Of a stretch of 64,000 nt of DNA, positions 38,106 to 46,766 are shown one piece after another. A model generated the notes under the pieces. The model was given only the letters and a program-made list of their open reading frames with translations. It was not told the origin of the DNA and ran no database searches. The stretch lies in IMG/VR virus record IMGVR_UViG_3300043416_000076, positions 915-64,914 of that record. The stretch is one strand, 5' to 3'. Position 1 is the stretch's first letter; each line of letters begins with the position of its first letter. Position numbers and translations under genes: made by a program. Source of the DNA: a virus (Duplodnaviria; Caudoviricetes).

Positions 38106-38135
38106 GAACAAACCAACAGGGTTGTTGGTATGTCC
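38106..38135. repeat. Early-region palindrome, copy 5 (flipped orientation)
   Basis: GAACAAACCAAC-AGGGTT-GTTGGTATGTCC. Confidence 0.8.
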
Positions 38136-38192
38136 GGACGGGCATTTAGAAGCGGTGCTGTTGTCATCACTCACCAATCTATCTAAAGATAT

Positions 38193-38221
38193 ATTGTAAC
38201 ACAAATTAAGTCATTTGTCAA
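38193..38221 (-). promoter_or_regulatory. Strong sigma70 early promoter
   Basis: TTGACA (38216-38221)-17 bp-TACAAT (38193-38198) with extended -10 TG. Confidence 0.85.
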
Positions 38222-38255
38222 TACCCAGTTCGTGTTTATAGACCCATAGTTCCTG

Positions 38256-38921
38256 TTATTCAGAATTCCGTTCCGACTTTACCTTGCGTTGCTGAGATAT
38301 GTGAGCAATCATCTTGTCGATACCAAATTCGATGTCCTCCCACGATTCGAGCGGGGTGTCGTCCTTGGGTTCTGGCTTTGGTTCCTCACGTAGCTTGATT
38401 GTCAGGACGGGCGGGCCGTCTTCGCTCGCCATGCGAATCTCTTTCCTCTTTGGAATGGCGAAACCTTTCTGTTTGAGGATTCCCTCGGTGTCATAGCCCG
38501 CCAACGATGCACTGTCCATGAGCATCTTGATGTGATAAGGGTTCTTCGGGCGCATCTCAATCAACTCCTCATCGGGCGGGGCGATCAGATGACGACTGGA
38601 TTCTTGCTCAGGGAGTAACGAATTGGGCTGGCCAGATGCAAACCGCTGAACACGGTACATCTTGGATTCGCAGTGATGGTATGGATTGACGCACCACTTT
38701 GTACCGCATAGGCTGAGCAAGCGGGGGCCAGCGGGCGGGAACCGGCAAATGGTGAACAGGATGCGCAAGACGGCGTTGGTGTTGAACTTGCCCGCCAAGG
38801 GGGAATTGGGTGAGAGTTGGGGTAAAGAGCATGAAGACTTGGGCCAAACGTAGCAGAGGTTCTTGACCTCGCAGTTGTCCAAAAGGTTGTCGGCGTTGTT
38901 GTACTTTGCGGTTCTAGTCAT
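38256..38921 (-). CDS. HNH / His-Me finger-like protein, possibly degenerate
   Basis: C...W at the N-terminus and LCGTKWCVNPYH. Confidence 0.5.
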   Translation of the reverse strand: MTRTAKYNNADNLLDNCEVKNLCYVWPKSSCSLPQLSPNSPLAGKFNTNAVLRILFTICRFPPAGPRLLSLCGTKWCVNPYHHCESKMYRVQRFASGQPNSLLPEQESSRHLIAPPDEELIEMRPKNPYHIKMLMDSASLAGYDTEGILKQKGFAIPKRKEIRMASEDGPPVLTIKLREEPKPEPKDDTPLESWEDIEFGIDKMIAHISQQRKVKSERNSE

Positions 38922-38970
38922 GATTTTTCCTTTCGCGGTGTTTTACACCATATATTAAATATCCGTCGCT

Positions 38971-38998
38971 ACTATATCATATCGGGCGTTGATGTCAA
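38971..38998 (-). promoter_or_regulatory. sigma70-like promoter
   Basis: TTGACA (38993-38998)-16 bp-TATAGT (38971-38976) with extended -10 TG. Confidence 0.6.
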
Positions 38999-39031
38999 TG
39001 AATTCGTGTGCTAGTTTTGTAAAGATAGAAA

Positions 39032-39182
39032 ATATATAACGTTGTTCCTGAAATTGACATAGTACAAACGGGAGAAAGGGCGAGGGGGGCCAAACACACC
39101 ATTCTCAACTTTTTCTATGTTGGGGGAGAGGATTCCTAGACCCGCTCTATACTATGTCAATTTCAGGAACAACGTTATATAT
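39032..39182. repeat. Perfect 33-bp inverted repeat (39032-39064 / 39150-39182) with 85-bp spacer
   Basis: ATATATAACGTTGTTCCTGAAATTGACATAGTA and its exact reverse complement. Confidence 0.9.
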
Positions 39183-39479
39183 ATTATATTATATTATTAT
39201 TATTATAGAGAGAGAGCTATACGATTCGGGCCTTTGCGCTCTTGCGGGCTGTGCGATAGGATAGAGTTATGAAGGATATATAATATAAGATGTAGTTATC
39301 TCGATAGGAAAACTAAGCCGATTCTACAAAACTTAAACCTATTTGGTGCATTTCGTGTGGTTTGGCTGTGCTTAGCCTGCGGCATCTATATAGTTGTGTG
39401 TGCAATGCAACATGAGCAATGCCCGCCTTACACTAGGCGAGCGGGTCAAGCGGGCGGCGTTAGACATAAAAGTAATAAA

Positions 39480-39508
39480 GAACAAACCAACAACGCGTTG
39501 GTATGTTC
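39480..39508. repeat. Early-region palindrome, copy 6
   Basis: GAACAAACCAAC-AACGC-GTTGGTATGTTC. Confidence 0.85.
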
Positions 39509-39538
39509 GCTTTGCCCGCAATGCAATGCACTTCGGGG

Positions 39539-39683
39539 CTACCGCGTTACTACCGGTGACTGGTATCTAACGATACGGGCGAGACGGGCACGAACACCAC
39601 GCCAGCATGGAGAACACCGCCCGCTTGGGACTACCGCGTTACTACAACATTCTGTTCCACAGAATGGGCTACCGCGTTACTAC
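39539..39683 (+). repeat. Three 15-bp direct repeats CTACCGCGTTACTAC
   Basis: Exact copies at 39539, 39631 and 39669. Confidence 0.85.
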
Positions 39684-39726
39684 CATAGTGACTGGCATCA
39701 CGGCGGGCCGCGCCATCGCGCAGGCC

Positions 39727-39751
39727 AAAAAAAATGGGGGCCGAAGCCCCC
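39727..39751 (-). terminator. Intrinsic terminator (UUCG hairpin)
   Basis: GGGGGC-TTCG-GCCCCC followed by an 8-nt U-tract on the - strand. Confidence 0.85.
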
Positions 39752-39756
39752 AAGGT

Positions 39757-39957
39757 TTACATCAAGCCCAATTTTTTCCGTCGGGCAATTTCATCATAAA
39801 CTTTGCCATACTCTCGCATGGTGCAACCCTTTATAGTTAAACTATAAAAATGAGAAACCAAGTACTCATTAGAAAACAAACGAACATTAAAAAACGGATT
39901 CATAAAAAACTCCCAAAAGTTAATCCATACATTCGTAGCTACGGATTTCCCAGTCAA
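39757..39957 (-). CDS. Possible small AT-rich ORF (start uncertain)
   Basis: Lies between the 2TM gene and the terminator; composition is atypical. Confidence 0.3.
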   Translation of the reverse strand: MTGKSVATNVWINFWEFFMNPFFNVRLFSNEYLVSHFYSLTIKGCTMREYGKVYDEIARRKKLGLM

Positions 39958-40108
39958 TCAGGAAAGCCAGCCCAATAAACGTGCCGGTAAAAACAAGGGT
40001 TTCCACCAACTCGATTTTGCCAAACCAACCCAAGGCCACAGACACGCCCGCCATCAGGAAAGAAAGAAACATAACAATGGTCATAAGTTTACGCATGAAA
40101 GACTCCAA
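39920..40108 (-). CDS. Small two-TM membrane protein (early)
   Basis: Two hydrophobic segments. Confidence 0.55.
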   Translation of the reverse strand: MESFMRKLMTIVMFLSFLMAGVSVALGWFGKIELVETLVFTGTFIGLAFLIDWEIRSYECMD

Positions 40109-40151
40109 AAGAAAGAATAGAAAAGATGGGCGCTGTCACCGCCCACCCAGA

Positions 40152-40931
40152 TTACTTCGCCTTCGACATGGCCACGATGCCAGCAGTCAGCATCTCGACC
40201 GACTCGACAGACCCAGCCTTCGCCCAGTCAGACGCGAGCTTTTTCAGCGCGTCGTGCAACTGTTTGATATCGCCCTGCAATTTAGCGACTTCAGGCTTAG
40301 CCCGCTCGGCCAACTGCTTTGTGATCGCAGTAGCTTCAGCCATCGACTTAAGGTCGCCCTTAGCAACCAATTCGGCTTTCAACTCGATCAATTCACCGTC
40401 ACCCTTGCCCGCGAACTTCGCCGCTTCCTTTGCCCGCTTCGCGGCCATACGCTCAGCATCAGCAGACTTTGCCTTCGGACTCTGCCAACCGAGAGCACGC
40501 AAACGGTTAGTCTGTCTTTCCCATTGACGCTCAGCCGCGTCGGTAGTAGGCGCACCCTCGTCGAAGTACTTAGCAATCGCCCATGTCCGGACTTGCAAGT
40601 ACTCAGGATAAGCAATCGGCACGAAGACCATAACGGGCTTGTTATCCTTCAACACGGGTTGACCCTCAATATCGAGTTTGGCCACGCGGGCTTTGATCGA
40701 TTTACCATCGACCACTTCCCACGCCGTCAACCAATCCAACAGCAGGGCATCCGCCTGTTGCACTTGCTCTTCGCCCTTCTTCATGAGCTTCTCGCCATGA
40801 GCAGTAGAGACAAAGATTTCTTCGAGAGAGGCTTGCGCCTCAACCAAGGAACGACCTGCGACCATCTCGACCGCAGAACCAATAGCGCTTTGAACAGGCG
40901 CAACGACTGTTTGTGTGGCTTTGTTTGCCAT
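40152..40931 (-). CDS. First early gene, A/K-rich helical protein
   Basis: ATG 40931 with RBS GGAG; strong codon periodicity. Confidence 0.75.
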   Translation of the reverse strand: MANKATQTVVAPVQSAIGSAVEMVAGRSLVEAQASLEEIFVSTAHGEKLMKKGEEQVQQADALLLDWLTAWEVVDGKSIKARVAKLDIEGQPVLKDNKPVMVFVPIAYPEYLQVRTWAIAKYFDEGAPTTDAAERQWERQTNRLRALGWQSPKAKSADAERMAAKRAKEAAKFAGKGDGELIELKAELVAKGDLKSMAEATAITKQLAERAKPEVAKLQGDIKQLHDALKKLASDWAKAGSVESVEMLTAGIVAMSKAK

Positions 40932-40968
40932 GATGTATTTCTCCAATAAAGAAACGAGCAAGACGCTC

Positions 40969-40998
40969 GAACAAACCAACGATTTTGTTGGTATGTTC
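40969..40998. repeat. Early-region palindrome, copy 7
   Basis: GAACAAACCAAC-GATTTT-GTTGGTATGTTC. Confidence 0.85.
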
Positions 40999-41361
40999 AA
41001 GCAGAAGGCATCACCCTTCCGCCATGATTTAATTATGACAGAATGGTTAGATTTAGGGGAAAACCGCACACCGATGTAATGCCAATGTATCCGGTCGACT
41101 CAGCCCGCAATGCTAAAGAACAGGCAGAAAAAAAAATCGCGAAAACTTCCGCCGACCATACCCCTTCGCAAGAACCAAAAGGAGAACTCGGAGACCCCCT
41201 CACCCCCAAATTGCGATAAGTGACTCCCCGCACACCATCACTGTGTTTTGCCCACCCGACGAGCAATTTTTTAAAGTGGGGGAGGGGGGTATAAAAAATT
41301 TTGGAGTTCTGCCGGTAGCACTCCACCAGAAACACCCCCCGGGTAGGATTCCTACCTCCTC

Positions 41362-41391
41362 TTGCACACGTATACATATTTCTGTTACAGT
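41362..41391 (+). promoter_or_regulatory. Putative late promoter upstream of terS
   Basis: TTGCAC-18 bp-TACAGT with extended -10 TG; preceded by palindrome GGTAGGA-T-TCCTACC (41342-41356). Confidence 0.45.
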
Positions 41392-41424
41392 CGCGCATCC
41401 TCTTCACGGAGTGCCCTTGATCAC

Positions 41425-42126
41425 ATGACCCTGCATATCACGCCTGACAAAACAATTCCGTTTCCGGACAACCTAGAACCGGAAGCGGGCGCGACGCTCT
41501 TCGAAAACATGCAGATCGCGTCGAACACGGCGGAAGTTCTCAAAGGGCTAGGCGCTCATGTCGATGACGACCCAGAGGCTCAACTCAAAGCGGACAACGT
41601 ATTCAACGACTTCTCCGAATTGGCCAAGCGCCAGTACGAAGAAGCGATGCTCCCCAAACGTGGCCCCGGTCGCCCACGCAAAGATCCCAACGCTCCACCA
41701 CCCCCGAGTAAGACACCGTCGTTGATGTACAGCTTGCCTGTAGCAGAACGAATCGGCACGATGCTCAGGGAGTACAACAACCCAATCGTTGCAGATGCCG
41801 CCGAACTTAGGTTAGTGGTCACCAACAAGCTGCTCGACCTAGCTTCATGCGGAGACCCCAAGATTGAGATCAAGGCGACCGAGATGCTGGGCAAGATAAG
41901 CGACGTGGGCCTCTTCTCCGAGAAGACGGAGATCACGGTTACGTACAAGTCGGTGTCTGATATAGACAACGCCATCAAAGATAAAATCAGGAAGATGCTT
42001 CTGGCCCACGGCGGGGAAATCACCACGGTGGACTTTGATCTGGACAGAGAGTTTGGAACACCCCCAGAGCTAGAAATGGTCGAGGTTGTGCAGGATCCGC
42101 CCAGAGAAGAACCCGATGCGCTCTAA
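41425..42126 (+). CDS. terS: Putative terminase small subunit
   Basis: Immediately upstream of and overlapping terL; AT-hook-like RGPGRPRK; helical C-terminus (IKATEMLGK). Confidence 0.6.
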   Translation: MTLHITPDKTIPFPDNLEPEAGATLFENMQIASNTAEVLKGLGAHVDDDPEAQLKADNVFNDFSELAKRQYEEAMLPKRGPGRPRKDPNAPPPPSKTPSLMYSLPVAERIGTMLREYNNPIVADAAELRLVVTNKLLDLASCGDPKIEIKATEMLGKISDVGLFSEKTEITVTYKSVSDIDNAIKDKIRKMLLAHGGEITTVDFDLDREFGTPPELEMVEVVQDPPREEPDAL

Positions 42127-43657
42127 CGTACAGTCAAGTACGCTTGACATGGAGCTGAATGCGTTGCTGGCGCAACTGGATAAGCTACCTGACCACCATA
42201 AAGCACAGATTCTGGAAGACCTAACCCGCCGCGAGGAGTTTTTAGAGAAAGATAAGGCCCGTAATACCTTCATGGGGTTTGTACATAAGGTCTGGCCAGA
42301 CTTCATAGGCGGGCGACACCACAAAATAATGGCCAAAGCGTTCGAGCGGGTGGTGAATGGGGAGTGCAAACGCCTGATTATCAACATGCCACCCCGCCAT
42401 ACGAAGTCGGAGTTCGCTTCCTATCTCCTTCCAGCATGGTTCTTGGGCAAATATCCGCACAAAAAGGTCATACAAAGCTCGAACACGTCCGAATTAGCGG
42501 TCGGCTTCGGTCGAAAAGTACGAAATCTTGTGGATTTGGACACTTACAGGGAGCTTTTCCCCGGTTTAGAGCTTCGGGCGGACTCAAAAGCGGCTGGCCG
42601 GTGGAATACAAGCAAAAACGGGGACTATTTTGCGATCGGTGTGGGTGGTACGGTCACCGGAAAAGGTGCTGACCTCTTAATTATCGACGATCCGCACTCT
42701 GAACAGGAGGCGGCGCTTGCCGCAAGCAACCCGGACGTGTTTGACAAGGTAACCGAGTGGTATACGTCCGGCCCACGGCAGCGTTTGCAGCCGGGCGGGG
42801 CGATCGTGATCGTTATGACACGTTGGGCGATGCGGGATTTGACTGGTCAGGTGCTCAAAGCGGCGGCGCAGCGGGGTGGGGAACAGTGGGAAGTTATTGA
42901 GTTCCCGGCCATTCTACCTTCGGGCAAACTTCTGTGGCCAGAATTCTGGAGTATGGAAGAGATGGAAGCGCTCCGCGAGGAATTGCCCAACAGTAAGTGG
43001 CAAGCGCAGTACCAGCAGAATCCAGTGGGTAACGAGTCAGCTATTGTGAAGCGGGATTGGTGGAAATGGTGGGAACCCGAGCGGCCACCGGTGTGTGAGT
43101 ACATTTTGCAGACGTGGGACACCGCGTTTGAGAAGAACAACCGGGCTGACTACTCCGCAGGAACGACTTGGGGGGTGTTCAAGAATGACGAGGACAACGG
43201 CCAGTCAAACATCATCTTGCTCAACACGTACAAGAAGCGGGTTGAGTACCCAGACTTAAAACGTGACGTGCTTGAGGAGTACAGAGAGTACGAACCGGAT
43301 GGGATTTTGATTGAGAAGAAGGCGTCTGGTGCGCCACTCATCTACGACCTGCGGGCGATGGGGATCCCGGTGCAGGAGTACACGCCAAGTAAGGGTCAGG
43401 ATAAAGTCGCCCGTTTGAACTCTGTCTCAGACATAATTGCGTCGGGTAAGGTATGGGTGCCCCGCACGCGCTGGGCAGAAGAGTTAGTAGATGAGATTGC
43501 AGAGTTCCCGTCGGGCGAGCATGATGACTTGGTTGACGCGACGACTCTTGCGCTCATGAGATTTAGACAAGGTGGGTTTCTCCGCTTACCAAGCGATGAA
43601 CCCGAAGAGACTCGGTATTTTAGAAGCCGCAGTAAAGAGCGGTTTTACACGGTGTAA
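42116..43657 (+). CDS. terL: Terminase large subunit
   Basis: INMPPRHTKS Walker A variant, IIDDP Walker B, YQQNP coupling motif, WDTA and DDLVD nuclease motifs. Confidence 0.95.
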   Translation: MRSNVQSSTLDMELNALLAQLDKLPDHHKAQILEDLTRREEFLEKDKARNTFMGFVHKVWPDFIGGRHHKIMAKAFERVVNGECKRLIINMPPRHTKSEFASYLLPAWFLGKYPHKKVIQSSNTSELAVGFGRKVRNLVDLDTYRELFPGLELRADSKAAGRWNTSKNGDYFAIGVGGTVTGKGADLLIIDDPHSEQEAALAASNPDVFDKVTEWYTSGPRQRLQPGGAIVIVMTRWAMRDLTGQVLKAAAQRGGEQWEVIEFPAILPSGKLLWPEFWSMEEMEALREELPNSKWQAQYQQNPVGNESAIVKRDWWKWWEPERPPVCEYILQTWDTAFEKNNRADYSAGTTWGVFKNDEDNGQSNIILLNTYKKRVEYPDLKRDVLEEYREYEPDGILIEKKASGAPLIYDLRAMGIPVQEYTPSKGQDKVARLNSVSDIIASGKVWVPRTRWAEELVDEIAEFPSGEHDDLVDATTLALMRFRQGGFLRLPSDEPEETRYFRSRSKERFYTV

Positions 43658-43666
43658 GGACACAAA

Positions 43667-46162
43667 ATGGCAACAAGTTCAATGGACAAAGCACTTTATC
43701 AAGCCCCTATGGGCCTTTCCGACTTGGCCGAACAGCCTGACTTGGAGATTGAGATTGAAGATCCGGAGTCAGTAAGCATCCACGCGGAAGGCTTAGATAT
43801 TGACCTGAAGCCGCAGAAAGAAACAGCGGATGACTTTGATGCCAACCTTGCTGACTATATGGAAGATAAGGAGTTGTCGCTTCTAAGTTCTGATCTTATT
43901 GACGACTTTGATAAAGACACAATGGATCGTAAAGATTGGATTAGAACGTACATTGAGGGTTTGAAATTGCTGGGTTTGAAGTACGAGGAGCGTACAGAGC
44001 CTTGGCAGGGAGCCTGCGGAGTGTTTCATCCTATGTTGACAGAGTCTGTGGTTAGGTTTCAGTCAGAAGGAATCACTGAAACATTCCCTGCTATGGGGCC
44101 AGTAAAGACTAAGATTGTTGGCAAAGATACCCCGGAGTCTGAAGAGGCGGCAGCCCGCGTGCAGGAGGACATGAATTATCAGTTGACAGAAGTCATGACT
44201 GAGTATCGTCCTGAGCATGAAAAGATGCTGTGGAACCTACCGTTGGCGGGTTCGGCGTTTAAGAAGGTGTACTTTGATCCAGCCAAAGGTCGCCAAGCGG
44301 CAGTTTTTATCCCCGCTGAAGACATAGTTGTACCTTATGGCGCGACTAGCTTGGAGACAGCCGAGCGCGTCACGCACGTCATGCGGAAGACAAAAAACGA
44401 GGTTCTTCGGCTGCAAGATGCTGGGTTTTATAGCGACGTGGACTTAGGTGACCCCGGCTATGAGTTAGATGATATTGAGAAGCAGAAGGCCGAAGAAGAC
44501 GGCATGTCCGCTACGCAAGATGAGCGGTTCCGTATTCTGGAGATGCACGTTGATTTAGACTTACCCGGGTTTGAACATAAGAAAAAAGGCAAGCCCACGG
44601 GCATTGCCCTACCTTACGTAGTTACCATAGAGAAATCTACCAACACTATATTAGCTATTCGGAGAAATTGGTATGAAGACGACAAGCTCCACCTCAAACG
44701 CCAGCATTTCGTCCACTACCAATACATCCCCGGTTTTGGTTTCTATGGTTACGGTCTTATCCACCTCATCGGTGGGTACGCGAAAAGCGCTACGATGCTC
44801 ATCCGACAGTTGGTCGATGCTGGGACGTTATCTAACTTACCCGGAGGTCTTAAATCTCGCGGCCTGCGCATTAAGGGAGACGACACCCCCATCCAGCCCG
44901 GAGAGTTCCGAGACGTAGATGTTCCAAGCGGCTCAATCAGAGACAACATCTTACCGTTACCGTATAAGGAGCCAAGTCAGGTTCTGTTTGCGTTGTTCCA
45001 AAACATAGTAGAAGAAGGCCGGGCGTTTGCCTCCAGTGGGGACATGAATGTGTCCGATATGTCAGCGCAAGCACCGGTCGGTACAACCTTGGCAATTTTG
45101 GAAAGAACTCTTAAAGTGATGGGCGCTATCCAAGCCCGTATGCACTTCACTATGAAGCAAGAGTTCAAGTTGCTCAAGGTAATCATTGCAGACTACGCCC
45201 CCGAGGACTATGACTATGAGCCAGAAGAAGGTAGCCGCGCTGCCCGTAAGTCTGACTACGACATGGTGGACGTAATTCCTGTAAGCGACCCCAACGCCGC
45301 GACTATGGCACAAAAGATTGTGCAATATCAGGCAGTTATGCAGTTGGCTCAACAAGCGCCGCAGCTATATGACATGGCTTTTTTACACCGCCAGATGATC
45401 GAAGTTTTGGGGGTTAAAAACGCCAGCAAGCTAGTCAAAACAGAAGATGATGCAATACCTGTTGACCCCACATCAGAAAACCAAGCGCTTCTGACTATGA
45501 AGCCCGTTAAAGCGTTTATGGAGCAGAACCACGAAGCCCATATTCAAGTTCATACCGCTGCTATACAGGATCCAAAGATTCAACAGTTAATGCAGGCTAA
45601 TCCAATGGCGCAGCAAATTATGGCGGCAGCAATGGCGCACATAAACGAGCACATTGCGTTTGAGTATCGCAAGCAGATAGAAATGGCAATTGGTACGCCG
45701 CTGCCTACAGAGGAACAGAACAAACAAGTTTCTCCGGAGTTAGCTGATCGGATTGCCATGATGACTGCGCAAGCAGCACAACAACTTCTACAGCAGAACC
45801 AGCAACAAGCTAAACAGCAACAAGCCCAGCAACAAATGCAAGATCCAATCGTTCAGATGCAGATGCAAGAACTTCAGATTAAGCAGGGCGAGTTGCAGTT
45901 GAAACAGCAGAAACAAGCCACGGACGCTGCGGCCAAGGCGGATCAAATCAGGATTGAAGAGTCCCGGATTGCGGTTCAAAAGGAAATTGCCGTTATGCAA
46001 GTTGCAGCAAACTCTGCCGCAAAACTTGATCAAATGAACAAGAAAGCTGAATCTGACGGGGCGCGTATGGGTATTGATATCGCAAAACACAAGGCACAAA
46101 TGCAGCAACAACGGTTTCAAACCATGCAGAACAGACAGCAACCAAAAAAGGACAGTAAATGA
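43667..46162 (+). CDS. Portal protein (P22-like, long Q-rich C-terminal barrel)
   Basis: Follows terL; GFYG.GL, Q-rich C-terminal helix. Confidence 0.85.
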   Translation: MATSSMDKALYQAPMGLSDLAEQPDLEIEIEDPESVSIHAEGLDIDLKPQKETADDFDANLADYMEDKELSLLSSDLIDDFDKDTMDRKDWIRTYIEGLKLLGLKYEERTEPWQGACGVFHPMLTESVVRFQSEGITETFPAMGPVKTKIVGKDTPESEEAAARVQEDMNYQLTEVMTEYRPEHEKMLWNLPLAGSAFKKVYFDPAKGRQAAVFIPAEDIVVPYGATSLETAERVTHVMRKTKNEVLRLQDAGFYSDVDLGDPGYELDDIEKQKAEEDGMSATQDERFRILEMHVDLDLPGFEHKKKGKPTGIALPYVVTIEKSTNTILAIRRNWYEDDKLHLKRQHFVHYQYIPGFGFYGYGLIHLIGGYAKSATMLIRQLVDAGTLSNLPGGLKSRGLRIKGDDTPIQPGEFRDVDVPSGSIRDNILPLPYKEPSQVLFALFQNIVEEGRAFASSGDMNVSDMSAQAPVGTTLAILERTLKVMGAIQARMHFTMKQEFKLLKVIIADYAPEDYDYEPEEGSRAARKSDYDMVDVIPVSDPNAATMAQKIVQYQAVMQLAQQAPQLYDMAFLHRQMIEVLGVKNASKLVKTEDDAIPVDPTSENQALLTMKPVKAFMEQNHEAHIQVHTAAIQDPKIQQLMQANPMAQQIMAAAMAHINEHIAFEYRKQIEMAIGTPLPTEEQNKQVSPELADRIAMMTAQAAQQLLQQNQQQAKQQQAQQQMQDPIVQMQMQELQIKQGELQLKQQKQATDAAAKADQIRIEESRIAVQKEIAVMQVAANSAAKLDQMNKKAESDGARMGIDIAKHKAQMQQQRFQTMQNRQQPKKDSK

Positions 46163-46353
46163 ACCAGCAAGCGCTTTCATACCTCCTCAAGGAAATTGAC
46201 AGGTTACGCGAGGATCAGTCCGTGTTTTTGAACGGCGGTGGCGCAAAGGATTTTGCCGAGTACCGGCATGTTTGCGGAGTTATTCGGGGTCTAACTCATG
46301 CAGATCAACTTGTCAGAGACCTTGCGCAAAAACTGGAGTATTCCGATGACTGA
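46159..46353 (+). CDS. Conserved small head-module protein
   Basis: EYRHVCGVIRGL motif; ATGA overlap with the portal gene. Confidence 0.65.
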   Translation: MNQQALSYLLKEIDRLREDQSVFLNGGGAKDFAEYRHVCGVIRGLTHADQLVRDLAQKLEYSDD

Positions 46354-46756
46354 ATTTGATGTCGCTGCTGTCGATTTGACAGGTATTCTTAACACGAGTG
46401 CCGAAGATAAAGCCAAGCAGTTGCCCGACCCTAAAACTTTCCGACTTCTGTGCGTTGTTCCTGAAGCGATGGAAGAGTTTGCGGATAGTGAAATTGGTAT
46501 TGTGAAGTCAAGTCAATCTATGTACTACGAAGAAGTACTGACCCCAGTCTTGTTCGTAATCAAAGTTGGCCCCGACGCTTACAAAGATACAACCCGGTTC
46601 CCCAGTGGGCCGTCGTGCAAGGAAGGTGACTTTGTCATCGTCCGCCCCAATTCAGGCACCCGCCTGAAGATTCATGGCCGTGAATTCCGCATCATCAACG
46701 ATGACTCGGTTGAAGCAGTTGTGGAAGACCCGCGCGGTATCACCCGTGCTGCATAA
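46346..46756 (+). CDS. groES: GroES-like co-chaperonin
   Basis: GIV mobile loop, VIKVGP, CKEGDFV, EFRIINDDSVEAVV. Confidence 0.75.
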   Translation: MTEFDVAAVDLTGILNTSAEDKAKQLPDPKTFRLLCVVPEAMEEFADSEIGIVKSSQSMYYEEVLTPVLFVIKVGPDAYKDTTRFPSGPSCKEGDFVIVRPNSGTRLKIHGREFRIINDDSVEAVVEDPRGITRAA

Positions 46757-46766
46757 GGAGTAACAC

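Noticed and set aside
39054-39160. TTGACA hexamers in the inverted-repeat arms as convergent promoters
   Set aside because: No acceptable -10 hexamer at 16-18 bp on either strand.
39032-39182. Protelomerase (telRL) site
   Set aside because: Arms are separated by 85 bp rather than adjacent, and no protelomerase gene is in the window.
39539-39683. Possible mini-CRISPR array
   Set aside because: Repeats are only 15 bp with spacers of 77 and 23 bp; no cas genes. The 26309-26980 nuclease sits in a replication context.
39981-40949. 322-aa + strand ORF (and 40126-40527)
   Set aside because: Antisense shadow of the 40152-40931 gene; no RBS, R/L/H-rich non-protein-like composition.
29905-40998. Palindromes as integron attC sites or LexA boxes
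   Set aside because: Too short for attC, lack RYYYAAC/GTTRRRY cores and no integrase is present. GAAC-GTTC spacing of 21-22 nt fits no LexA box I know.
38920-41420. tRNA genes in the non-coding block
   Set aside because: No cloverleaf with a T-loop GTTCRA and matching acceptor stem seen here or elsewhere on visual inspection.
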